The notes under the pieces were generated by a model. That model did not search any database. It saw nothing but the letters and a program-made list of their open reading frames with translations, and was not told the origin of the DNA. From the NCBI GenBank assembly GCA_964201975.1, contig CAXNGW010000001.1, forward strand, positions 1 to 60,294: 60,294 nt of DNA, read 5' to 3'. Position numbers and translations under genes: made by a program. The stretch comes from Longimicrobiales bacterium (GTDB lineage Bacteria; Gemmatimonadota; Gemmatimonadetes; Longimicrobiales; Gaopeijiaceae). Below are positions 46,749 through 54,935 of this stretch, one piece after another. Within the stretch, counting starts at the first letter, position 1. Every line of letters starts with the position of its first letter.

Positions 46749-47282
46749 ATGACCCCAGGCGACGCAGACAAGCCGCGCCCGAAATCTCGAGATCCCAGGA
46801 AGTCGACGGGGTCCGATACGGCCGATCTCGTCTCCGAGGTCCTCGAGGACGCCAAGCGCCGGCAAGTGGCACGCACCAAGAAGGCCGAGCCGCTGGGCCG
46901 CAATCGTTAGCGGGTCGCGGCCGTCTCGCTGCCGCTCGCTGGAGCGTTTTCGTTCTATCTCTGGTTCGGCAACCCCGCCTGGGTCACTCCGACCATGCCC
47001 GACCCCGTCACGGCCGAGCGGGCCGAGGCGGGGCTGCGGGTAGCGATGTTCTTCGAAGCGCAGAAGATCGAAAACTTCCGCCAGACGACGGGTCGGCTGC
47101 CCGACACGCTCGGGGAGCTGGGATCGGCGCCGGCCGAAATGAGCTACCAGCGCGTGGACGCGCGTACGTACCGGCTCGTCGGCCAGAGCCGCGGCGTCAC
47201 GCTCACGTTCAACTCGGATCAGGCGATCCAGCAGTTCGTGGGCGACGCCATGGACCGCCTCGGCATCGGAGACGGCCGATGA
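46749..47282 (+). pseudogene. single-pass membrane 'anchor' protein A1 (paralogue of 47722..48237) with an in-frame TAG
   Basis: ORFs 46668..46910 and 46995..47282 share a frame. TAG 46908..46910 is followed without further stops by the TM helix RVAAVSLPLAGAFSFYLWF. The periplasmic part aligns with A2 (FRQTTGRLPDTLGELG..MSYQRVDARTYRL versus FRLSSGRLPDQLRETG..ISYQKLDARTYSL). Confidence 0.7.
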
Positions 47283-47725
47283 GCGCCCGCCGACAGAACG
47301 GGTTCACGCTGATCGAGCTGATGCTCGTGGTGGTGATCGTCAGCATCCTCGCCGGCCTCGCGATCCCCAACTACCAGAACGTCGTCGTCAAGGCGCGAGC
47401 TGCCGACCTACTGGGACGCATCGACGTGGTCAGGGTCGGAGTGCATCAGTTCCTCGGGGAGAACAACGCCTGGCCGGGTGAAACCGCGACCGGGGTGGTC
47501 CCCGCCGGCCTGACGGGCTTCCTGCCCGACAACTTCTCGTTCACGGGTGAGGGATTCAATCTGGATTGGGAGAACGGCGGTGGTCTGATCGGGATCGCGA
47601 TCATCACGGACAACGAGACCCTCGGCAACGCTCTGGTCGATCTGGCGGGCCCCAGACGGTGGTTCGGTGTCCGGGAACCGCTACGTGTTCATCCTGGACC
47701 GGAACTGACCGCCCGGCACGCATGA
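47279..47725 (+). CDS. type IV pilin-like / pseudopilin protein P1; C-terminal frameshift suspected (~47669..47675)
   Basis: ATGA overlap. Prepilin leader and methylation motif MSARRQNG|FTLIELMLVVVIVSILAGLAIPNY. In the +1 frame the end reads GNRYVFILDRN* (stop 47706..47708), which matches the P2 end GHNSTFLIDGL*. Confidence 0.75.
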   Translation: MSARRQNGFTLIELMLVVVIVSILAGLAIPNYQNVVVKARAADLLGRIDVVRVGVHQFLGENNAWPGETATGVVPAGLTGFLPDNFSFTGEGFNLDWENGGGLIGIAIITDNETLGNALVDLAGPRRWFGVREPLRVHPGPELTARHA

Positions 47726-48237
47726 CCGAGAGCGAGCCGAAGCCGCTCGACCGCAAGAGCCTCTCCGACGACAAGGAGGGGACGCGGGTGATCGATGAAG
47801 TGCTGCGCGACCAGGCGCGGCGGGAAGTGCTGCGGGACATCGCCTACCGGCGGCCCAGCGCATCCCTTCGGACCCGCGTCGTCGCGGGGGTGCTGGGGCT
47901 GGTCGCGCTCGTCACGTGGACCCTCCCGGTCCCCGGCCTCCGGCCCGACATCCCCTTCCCCCTCCCGCCCGCCGACGAGGAGGCCGCCCTCCGGATCGCC
48001 GCCTATATCCAGGCGCAGCAGGTGGAGGCGTTCCGCCTCTCCTCCGGCCGCCTTCCCGACCAGCTGCGCGAGACCGGGGAACCCATGCCCGGGATCAGCT
48101 ATCAGAAGCTGGATGCGCGCACCTACAGCCTGAACGGCACCACCGAGCGCACCACCATCCGGTGGATTTCGTCCGACTCGTCAGCCGCGCTCCTCGGCAA
48201 GAACGGAGCGCAGCGGCTGCGCGGAATGATCCCATGA
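47722..48237 (+). CDS. single-pass membrane 'anchor' protein A2
   Basis: Charged N-terminus, TM helix (VVAGVLGLVALVTWTL), ~100-aa extracytoplasmic domain. Paralogue of A1. Confidence 0.7.
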   Translation: MTESEPKPLDRKSLSDDKEGTRVIDEVLRDQARREVLRDIAYRRPSASLRTRVVAGVLGLVALVTWTLPVPGLRPDIPFPLPPADEEAALRIAAYIQAQQVEAFRLSSGRLPDQLRETGEPMPGISYQKLDARTYSLNGTTERTTIRWISSDSSAALLGKNGAQRLRGMIP

Positions 48238-48689
48238 GCGCCCATCGCCGCGGCGGCTTCACGCTGGTCGAGGTGGTCGCCGTGGTCAGCATCCTCGCGC
48301 GCATCGCGCTCCCCAACGTCCAGGAGGCGCTCATCCGCGCGCGCGCCGCCGCGGCGATGGGGGACGTCGAGGTGGTGCGCACCGCCGCGGCCAACTACTA
48401 CGCGCGCAACAACGCTTGGCCGGGGGAGGCACCGCCCGGCGTGGTTCCCGCTGAGCTGCTCGATGACCTGCCCGACGAGTTCTCGTTCGATCGCGGCGAG
48501 TATCGGCTCGACTGGGAACGCTGGACACTGCCCAACGGACTGCCAGAGGACACGACGCCTCGCATTCTCGTGGGGGTGTTGATCGCGACTCCGGACGAGA
48601 TGCTGGGGAACGCGGTGGCCGCGCTCATCGACAATAGCGGCTGGTACAGCCTGGGGCACAACAGCACGTTCCTGATCGACGGGCTGTAG
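48234..48689 (+). CDS. type IV pilin-like / pseudopilin protein P2
   Basis: ATGA overlap. Leader MSAHRRGG|FTLVEVVAVVSILA. Shares NNAWPGE, VVPAEL..LPDEFSF, LDWE with P1. Confidence 0.8.
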   Translation: MSAHRRGGFTLVEVVAVVSILARIALPNVQEALIRARAAAAMGDVEVVRTAAANYYARNNAWPGEAPPGVVPAELLDDLPDEFSFDRGEYRLDWERWTLPNGLPEDTTPRILVGVLIATPDEMLGNAVAALIDNSGWYSLGHNSTFLIDGL

Positions 48690-48704
48690 CGCGCCTCCGA
48701 GCCG

Positions 48705-49577
48705 TCAGAACCCGAACACCCGCGCGGCGTTGTCGTGGAATACCGCGCCCCACTGCTCCGCGGGCACCGCTTCCATGTAAGCACGCACGTAAGCGGCCAC
48801 GTCCACCAAGGGCCAATCGCTGCCGAACATCAGCTTGGTGGGGTCTTCCACGTAGCCCAGCACCCAGCGGATGGCGTCCACGACATAGCGCTCGCGCGCC
48901 GCCGCGGGAACGCCGTCCATGTCTCCGGTCATGAGCGCGGAGCACTCGAGGTACACGTTCGGATTCTTGTAGGCGACCTCGGCGGCGGACTGGAGCCAGG
49001 GATTTCCGCAGTGGGCGATCACGAACGTCACGTCGGGATGATCTACCGCCACTTCGTCCACCGTGAGCGGGTCCGCGTACTTGAGCTTCGCTCGCGCGGA
49101 CTCGGTGTCCCCGGTGTGGAAAACCACCGGAACGCGGTGGCGCGCGGCGAGTCGGTAGACGGGCTCGTAGACGGGGTCCGACGCCCACCGCGGTACGTAG
49201 CCCAGGTAGATCTTCACGCACTGCACCCGCTGGTCCGCGAGCGCCCGGCCCAGAGCGATCGTGTCCGGCTCGGCGCCCACGCCCGCGCAGAAGCGCACCG
49301 GACCAGGGAGGTCCGGAGGATCCACCGACCCCTGCGGGAGGTGGACCACCGCCCCCACGATCCCCGCGTCCCCCCACGCGGCAAGAAGACCCTCCCGGGT
49401 GTTGGAGATCGCCGCGTCGCTCGCGGCCGGATCGAACGCGGCGTGCTCGTGGACGTCGATGATGCGGGCTGGCCAGCGCCCGGGCGCCTCCTGGGCGCGG
49501 AGGGGGACCCCCGCGGCCACAAGGACGGCGCAGAAGACGATGCCGACCGCGATCGGCGGAGGGGGCGTGCGTAGCAT
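48705..49577 (-). CDS. secreted amidohydrolase-2 (TIM-barrel metal-dependent hydrolase) family protein
   Basis: ATG 49577. Signal/TM (IAVGIVFCAVLVAAGVPLRAQ). Motifs IIDVHEH, VVFHTGD, VIAHCGNPW, MFGSDWP. Confidence 0.8.
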   Translation of the reverse strand: MLRTPPPPIAVGIVFCAVLVAAGVPLRAQEAPGRWPARIIDVHEHAAFDPAASDAAISNTREGLLAAWGDAGIVGAVVHLPQGSVDPPDLPGPVRFCAGVGAEPDTIALGRALADQRVQCVKIYLGYVPRWASDPVYEPVYRLAARHRVPVVFHTGDTESARAKLKYADPLTVDEVAVDHPDVTFVIAHCGNPWLQSAAEVAYKNPNVYLECSALMTGDMDGVPAAARERYVVDAIRWVLGYVEDPTKLMFGSDWPLVDVAAYVRAYMEAVPAEQWGAVFHDNAARVFGF

Positions 49578-49836
49578 GGGGCAAAGGTGCCCCGCGGCTC
49601 CGCGGCGGGCAAACCGCGCCGTCAGCTCAACGGCCACAGCCACGCCGCTCCCCGCACTCCACTCGCGTCTCCCCAGCGGTTGCGGACTACGCGCGCCGCC
49701 ACTGTGTCGGTGAACACCCAGGCGGGCAGCTCCGCGCAGGGCTGACGGGATCGGCTCGAAGCGGCTGGTGGGTCTCCCGCCCCTGGCACGTCCCCTGCTA
49801 CCATGGCACGGGTGACCTGCAACCCCATGTCCGGAG

Positions 49837-50448
49837 GTGCGCGTGGATGTCCCGCCCGAGATCGCCTTTCGTAATTTGGACCCCACCGATGCGCTCAAGC
49901 GGCTGGTCCAGGAAGGAATCGACTCCCTCGCCAAGGTCCACCCTCGCGTCGTGAGCTGTCGCGTGATGGTGGAGGAGGCGAGCCGAGGACTTCCTCATGT
50001 CCGGCTGGACATCGGCATTCCCGGCGGTGAGCTCGTCGTCGATCACGAAGCGCCGCTCGACCCCCAGCATAGGGATAGGGATGTAGCCCAGGCGATCCGG
50101 GAGGCGTTCAACGTGGCGCGCCGCCAACTTCGCGAGCGGCACAAGCGCCGCTCGGACGGCAAGCGCCGCGGTGGCGCTCCCCAAGGACGGATTCTTCGGC
50201 TCATCATGGAGAGCCCGGCCGACCGATACGGCTTCCTTCTCTCTGACGACGGGCGGGAGATCTACTTCCACGAGAGCGTCGTGCGCGGAATCGCCTACGA
50301 CGAGATGGTCGAGGGCCTCGAGGTTTCCTTCACCGAAGCGAGCGCCAAGGAAGGATCCCAGGCGACTTCAGTTTCCCCGCTCGTGGGGGGCGACGACATG
50401 GACAGCGAGGAGCGTCATTCCTTGATCCTGGGATCCGACGCGCTCTGA
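49837..50448 (+). CDS. HPF/RaiA-like ribosome-associated domain fused to a cold-shock-like (CSD/OB) domain
   Basis: N-terminal HPF-like pattern (ALKRLVQEGIDSLAKVHPRVVSCRVMVEE...VAQAIREAFNVARRQLRE). C-terminal CSD-like pattern (YGFLLSDDGREIYFHESVV....EGLEVSF...AKEGSQATSV). Start GTG 49837 or 49843. Confidence 0.65.
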   Translation: MRVDVPPEIAFRNLDPTDALKRLVQEGIDSLAKVHPRVVSCRVMVEEASRGLPHVRLDIGIPGGELVVDHEAPLDPQHRDRDVAQAIREAFNVARRQLRERHKRRSDGKRRGGAPQGRILRLIMESPADRYGFLLSDDGREIYFHESVVRGIAYDEMVEGLEVSFTEASAKEGSQATSVSPLVGGDDMDSEERHSLILGSDAL

Positions 50449-51713
50449 ATTCCGCTCGCCACCTCCGGAATGATCCCCATGCGTTGGTAGATCGGCCGCA
50501 CCATTTCGCGTAGCTCCGGCAGCTCGCGCGCGAACCAGACCGCGAGCGCCACGCACGCGAGGCCGCCGACGCCGACCGTGAGGGGCGCGCCGATCCGCTC
50601 CGCCAGGGCTCCCCCGAAGAGCGCCCCCAGCGGCGACAGGCCGATGAACGCCATCGTGTAGAGCGCCATGACCCGCCCCCGCATCTGCTCCTCCACCAAC
50701 GTCTGGAGAATCGTATTCATGGCCGCCGTGGTCGCCATGATGCCGAAGCCGGCGAACATCATGAGCACGGAGGACAGCCACACGTTGCGCGACCACGCGA
50801 ACGCGACCAGGGCGGCGCCGAAGAGCGCCGTACAGCGCACAATGAACATACCGAGCCCCCACACCGACTCTCGCGACGCCAGGGTCAGCGCGCCCGCCAG
50901 CGCCCCCAATCCGGCCGCCGCGGTCAGGAGTCCGAGCGTGCCGGCACCGCCGTGCAGGACGTCGCTCGCGAACGCCGGCAGCAGCACCGAGTAGGGGAGC
51001 CCCACCAGCGAGATTAGCGTGAGCAGGACCAAGATGGCGCGGATGGGCGGAAAGCCGAACGCGTAGCGGAACCCTTCCCGCATCGTGCGCAGGACGGACT
51101 CGCCACCGCTCGAGCCTTTGTCCCTCGCTTCCACAGCCCACATGGCGCCGAGCACGGCGAGGTAGCTGAGCGCGTTGAGCACGAAGACCGGACCCTCACC
51201 CACCACCGCGATCATCACCCCCGCGATCGCGGGGCCCACCAGCCGGGCTCCGTTGAAGATCGCGGAGTTGAGCGCGATCGCGTTCGGCAGGTCCTGGCCA
51301 TTCACGAAACGGACGATCAGCGCCTGTCGGGCGGGCACGTCGAACCCGCTGCAGAGGCCGCTCCAGGCCGCGAGCACGATCAGATGCCAGACCTGCACGG
51401 TTCCGGTCAGCACCAGCGCGGCCAGCACGACTGCCTCCAGCATCAAGCCGATCTGGGCGACGAAGACCATTCGGTATCGGCTCCAGCGGTCCGCCAGCGC
51501 TCCGGCCACGCCCGCCACCAGGAAGGTCGGGAACTGGCTGCAGAACGCGATCAATCCGAGGACGAGCGTGGACCCGGTCATCCGGTAGACGAGCCAGCTC
51601 ATCGCCACCTGCTGCATCCAGGAGCCGATCAGCGAGATGCCTTGTCCAAGAAGAAAGAGGCGGAGGTCGCGGTGCCGAAGAGCCCGCATGGCGAAGCGTA
51701 CGCGGTCGAGCAC
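50415..51713 (-). CDS. MFS transporter (EntS/MFS_3-like)
   Basis: 12 predicted TM helices. N-terminus LRHRDLRLFLLGQGISLIGSWMQQVAMSWLV is typical of the family. Alternative ATG start 51689. Confidence 0.85.
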   Translation of the reverse strand: MLDRVRFAMRALRHRDLRLFLLGQGISLIGSWMQQVAMSWLVYRMTGSTLVLGLIAFCSQFPTFLVAGVAGALADRWSRYRMVFVAQIGLMLEAVVLAALVLTGTVQVWHLIVLAAWSGLCSGFDVPARQALIVRFVNGQDLPNAIALNSAIFNGARLVGPAIAGVMIAVVGEGPVFVLNALSYLAVLGAMWAVEARDKGSSGGESVLRTMREGFRYAFGFPPIRAILVLLTLISLVGLPYSVLLPAFASDVLHGGAGTLGLLTAAAGLGALAGALTLASRESVWGLGMFIVRCTALFGAALVAFAWSRNVWLSSVLMMFAGFGIMATTAAMNTILQTLVEEQMRGRVMALYTMAFIGLSPLGALFGGALAERIGAPLTVGVGGLACVALAVWFARELPELREMVRPIYQRMGIIPEVASGIQSASDPRIKE

Positions 51714-51866
51714 GAGCGGGCTTACCTCGGGATGGGGATCTTGGGATCTCGCCGACCCGGGCGCTTACCCCCCAGGCACGCACGCGGACCGGACCGAAAA
51801 AAAACGATGGGGGAGGGCGACCTTGGTCGCTCTCCCCCATCGTCTTCCCAGCTCGAACGACCGCGT

Positions 51867-52289
51867 CTAGCGGTTGTTCATAAACTCGTCCGGCAGAACC
51901 GCTCCGATCACTTCCACCCGCGCACCACGCGCGGCGTCCATGATCGAGATCACCTCACCGTACTTCACCGCACCGTCCGCCTTTACGAAGAGCACGCGGT
52001 CGGGACGGTTGCTGTACACTTCCATGAACTTGGCCTTCAGCTGATCCTTCGGCACCGGCGTCTTGTTCAGCATGTACTGGCCGCCGGGGAAGACTTCGAG
52101 CACAATCGGCGGAACCGACGGCGCGGTGTCCTCTTCCTTCTCGACCGGCAGCTGAATGTCGATGCTCCGCTGCAGAAGCGGCTGCGCGATGATGAAGATG
52201 ACCAGCAACACCAGCAGCACGTCGATCATGGGCGTCATGTTGATCTCGTTCATCGTGCCGCCGCTCTTGCCACCCGCTGACATCGACAT
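51867..52289 (-). CDS. exbD: ExbD/TolR biopolymer transport protein
   Basis: INMTPMIDVLLVLLVIFII TM helix followed by a periplasmic domain. Confidence 0.9.
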   Translation of the reverse strand: MSMSAGGKSGGTMNEINMTPMIDVLLVLLVIFIIAQPLLQRSIDIQLPVEKEEDTAPSVPPIVLEVFPGGQYMLNKTPVPKDQLKAKFMEVYSNRPDRVLFVKADGAVKYGEVISIMDAARGARVEVIGAVLPDEFMNNR

Positions 52290-52292
52290 GGT

Positions 52293-52757
52293 CTAGCGTC
52301 CCTCCCCTTCGGTCGTCGCCGGCGGTGTGGCTTCCGAAACCGCGGCGAGCACGCGCGCTCCCGCATCCCGGCCCATGTCCATCATCTCGAGCACGTCCTG
52401 GAAGGGCAGCCCCGCGTCGGCCTTGAGGTAGAGCACCTTGTCCTCGGGCCGCTCAGCGAACGACTGCTGTAGCGCGGCGAACATCTTGTCCTTCGGGATC
52501 GCACGCTTGTTGAAGTACCAGTTCCCTTCCACGTCGATGCCGACTACGACGCGGCTCTCTTCCTCCGGACGCTCCAGGAGGTTGTCCCCCACCGGCAGCA
52601 CGGCCTGGAAGCCCTGCAGCAGCGCGGGAGTCACCACCATGAAGATGATCAGCAGCACGAGCATGACGTCCACCAGCGGCGTCACGTTGATGTCGCTGCT
52701 GACCGAAGGGTTGTCGTATTCACTGCTCGGCCCGCTCACGCCACCGCTCATCGACAT
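52293..52757 (-). CDS. exbD: ExbD/TolR biopolymer transport protein (second copy)
   Basis: INVTPLVDVMLVLLIIFMV TM helix. Its ATG shares one nt with the exbB stop. Confidence 0.9.
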   Translation of the reverse strand: MSMSGGVSGPSSEYDNPSVSSDINVTPLVDVMLVLLIIFMVVTPALLQGFQAVLPVGDNLLERPEEESRVVVGIDVEGNWYFNKRAIPKDKMFAALQQSFAERPEDKVLYLKADAGLPFQDVLEMMDMGRDAGARVLAAVSEATPPATTEGEGR

Positions 52758-53512
52758 TAGGGCCTCCCGGCCACCGCCGCCGGCTGCGCAGCCGTCACGC
52801 GCTTGTTGGCGCTAGCGCTGTGGAAGGGGTCCATGCCGCGGGCCATGCGGCCCTCGATCGCCAGCAGGAAATTCATGAACTCCTTCGTCCCGTAGTCGAT
52901 CTCCATCGAAATCATCTCGATCCGGTTCGTGAAGTAGTTGTAGAGCCACACGGCTGGGATGGCCACCAGGAGCCCGAGGGCGGTCGTGATGAGCGCCTCG
53001 GCGATCCCGGCCGAGATGGCGGCGAGACCACCGCTGCCGGCCGCGGCCATCCCGGTGAACGCGTTCACGACGCCCATGGTGGTGCCGAGCAGGCCGACGA
53101 ACGGAGCGGTCGAGCCGACGGTGGCCATGACGCCCATACCGCGGCGGAAGCGCGCCAGCTGCTCGAGCTTGTTGAGCTCGATCGTGCGCTGGACCGCACC
53201 CACCTCGACCGCCGACAGCGTTTTGTCGGCGACGTTGTCGCGGAGCGACGAGAACACGCCGCGATAGGCGGCCGCGAGGTGGCCCTTCTGATGCGCCATC
53301 ACCGCACGATCGGCCGCATCGAGGTCATTGGCCTCGAGCGCCGCAGAAAGCTTCGGCGCGAACTTGACCACCTGGCTTCGCGACCGGGACATGTCGAAGA
53401 AGCGCTGGAACGCCACGGTGAGGGAGTACAGGGACATGACGAGGAGTACATACACGATGCCCTTGGCGAACCAGCCCATGGTGCCCCACAACTCCAGCAG
53501 ATCTGTGCTCAC
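52757..53512 (-). CDS. exbB: MotA/TolQ/ExbB proton-channel protein
   Basis: GSTAPFVGLLGTTMGVVNAF and AGIAEALITTALGLLVAIPAVWLYNYF. Confidence 0.9.
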   Translation of the reverse strand: MSTDLLELWGTMGWFAKGIVYVLLVMSLYSLTVAFQRFFDMSRSRSQVVKFAPKLSAALEANDLDAADRAVMAHQKGHLAAAYRGVFSSLRDNVADKTLSAVEVGAVQRTIELNKLEQLARFRRGMGVMATVGSTAPFVGLLGTTMGVVNAFTGMAAAGSGGLAAISAGIAEALITTALGLLVAIPAVWLYNYFTNRIEMISMEIDYGTKEFMNFLLAIEGRMARGMDPFHSASANKRVTAAQPAAVAGRP

Positions 53513-53582
53513 GTTCGTGCTCCTGTTGAATGTGCGACCGGCCCATCCGGAACGGTCGGCTGGGTGATCAGCGCGATCCGCT

Positions 53583-54377
53583 TCAGCGGACCTGGAAGGT
53601 GATGGGAATCGACACCCACACCGGCACCTGCTTGTCCCGGTTCATGGCCGGGCTGAACTGCATGACCTGACCCACCTTGAGGGCCGCCTCGTCCAGGGCC
53701 GGATGACCGCTGGACTGGTGGATCTGTACGGCTTCCACGGCACCCTTGTCGCTGATGCGCACCCACACCTCGACCTTTCCACCCACGCCCGCATCGCGCA
53801 GGAGCGGCGGATACTCACGCTCCAGAGCCCGGCCCACGTCGTCACGGTTCCGCAGATTCGGCGCGACCGTGAACGGAGTGAAGGACGGGGTCTCGCCGAT
53901 GGCGACGACCGCCTCGTCCCTTGCGCCCGCCCCGATCGCGTTCTCCACGCCCTGACCGGTGAAGTCCGAGGCCTTGAACGCGACCTCTCCCGGAGGGGGG
54001 ATCACGGACGGAACGATGTCCGGCACGGACAGCGTCTGGAACCCCTGGAACTGCGCCTGGGGTTGGTCGACTGGGGGCGGGGGCGGGGGCGGGGGCGGCT
54101 GGAACTCCTGGGTCAGCTCGACGATCGTGACCTCGTCCTCTTCCGAGGTCACGCCCTTGCCTACCGTAGTCCACACCATCGCACCGACAGCGACCACGTG
54201 CAGGGACGTGGAAATGATTCCCGTCAGGACTGCTCCCTTGTTCCGAGGCGGCTTGCTGGCGAGGAGCCCGCCGCCGAAGGTGGGCCGGTGCTCCCTAGGA
54301 GGGGGCGCAGCGCTGGTGGCAGCAGCAGCTCCCTTTTCTGCCGCGCTCTTGCCGGCCTTTCCGCGATCGGCGCTCAT
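53583..54377 (-). CDS. tonB: TonB-family energy transducer
   Basis: N-terminal TM helix, Pro run (QPPPPPPPPPVDQPQ), and a C-terminal TonB domain (YPPLLRDAGVGGKVEVWVRI...GHPALDEAALKV...F.PA). Confidence 0.9.
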   Translation of the reverse strand: MSADRGKAGKSAAEKGAAAATSAAPPPREHRPTFGGGLLASKPPRNKGAVLTGIISTSLHVVAVGAMVWTTVGKGVTSEEDEVTIVELTQEFQPPPPPPPPPVDQPQAQFQGFQTLSVPDIVPSVIPPPGEVAFKASDFTGQGVENAIGAGARDEAVVAIGETPSFTPFTVAPNLRNRDDVGRALEREYPPLLRDAGVGGKVEVWVRISDKGAVEAVQIHQSSGHPALDEAALKVGQVMQFSPAMNRDKQVPVWVSIPITFQVR

Positions 54378-54935
54378 GTGTGGTCTCCCGTGTTCATGCG
54401 TTCCATGGTGACGGAAACGGTGTCAATGCCATCCGCCGCCATGAGGCAAGATGGATCCAAAACGGCAGCACGATAACTCGTCGGGGACGATTCGAAAAGA
54501 GTCCTCAGCGACGTTGTGTTCCGTCACGGGCGGTCGATAGCACCTGGGACTTTTGTCGTGGATCAGAGGGTAGCGACGAGGCCGTCGCCAGCACCCCTAA
54601 TCGTCCGCGGCAGTAACGTGGCACGAAGCCGCAGCACAGTCAACGATGCGGTGCAAGAGGGAGACCATAAGGGTTCCTCCCACCGTGCGAAAGGTGGATC
54701 GCCGCCGCAGCCGGGCATCCGCCCGACATCCATTAAGATGTCCGGAAGGTAGAATGCGGGCGCCTCACACACACGTGGGTTCTAGGCGGGCTCCCCGAAC
54801 CGGCCGGGATGGCGCTGGGAGCAACGGCCGTGCCGGGGCTGGGGGGCGGGCCCCCTCCGCCACCGTTGACCCGAGCGGTCCACGTCTAGAGCTTTCGAGT
54901 TCCCTGCGCTCGGTGCCAAAAACCGGAGACGCCAC

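Noticed and set aside
54619-54634. TGGCAC hexamer as a sigma-54 -24 element (also CTGGCAT-N5-CTGTA at 19731..19747)
   Set aside because: At 54619 the GC of the -12 element is displaced by one position. At 19731 the -12 element reads CTGTA instead of TTGCA. Neither is good enough to call a promoter.
54740-54749. GTCCGGAAGG string identical to the tetraloop region of bacterial SRP (4.5S) RNA domain IV
   Set aside because: The flanks do not form the long helix required. The 3' side (GGTAGAATGC) lacks the conserved AGCAGC context, and the upstream bases prefer a local 6-bp hairpin. Most likely a chance 10-mer match.
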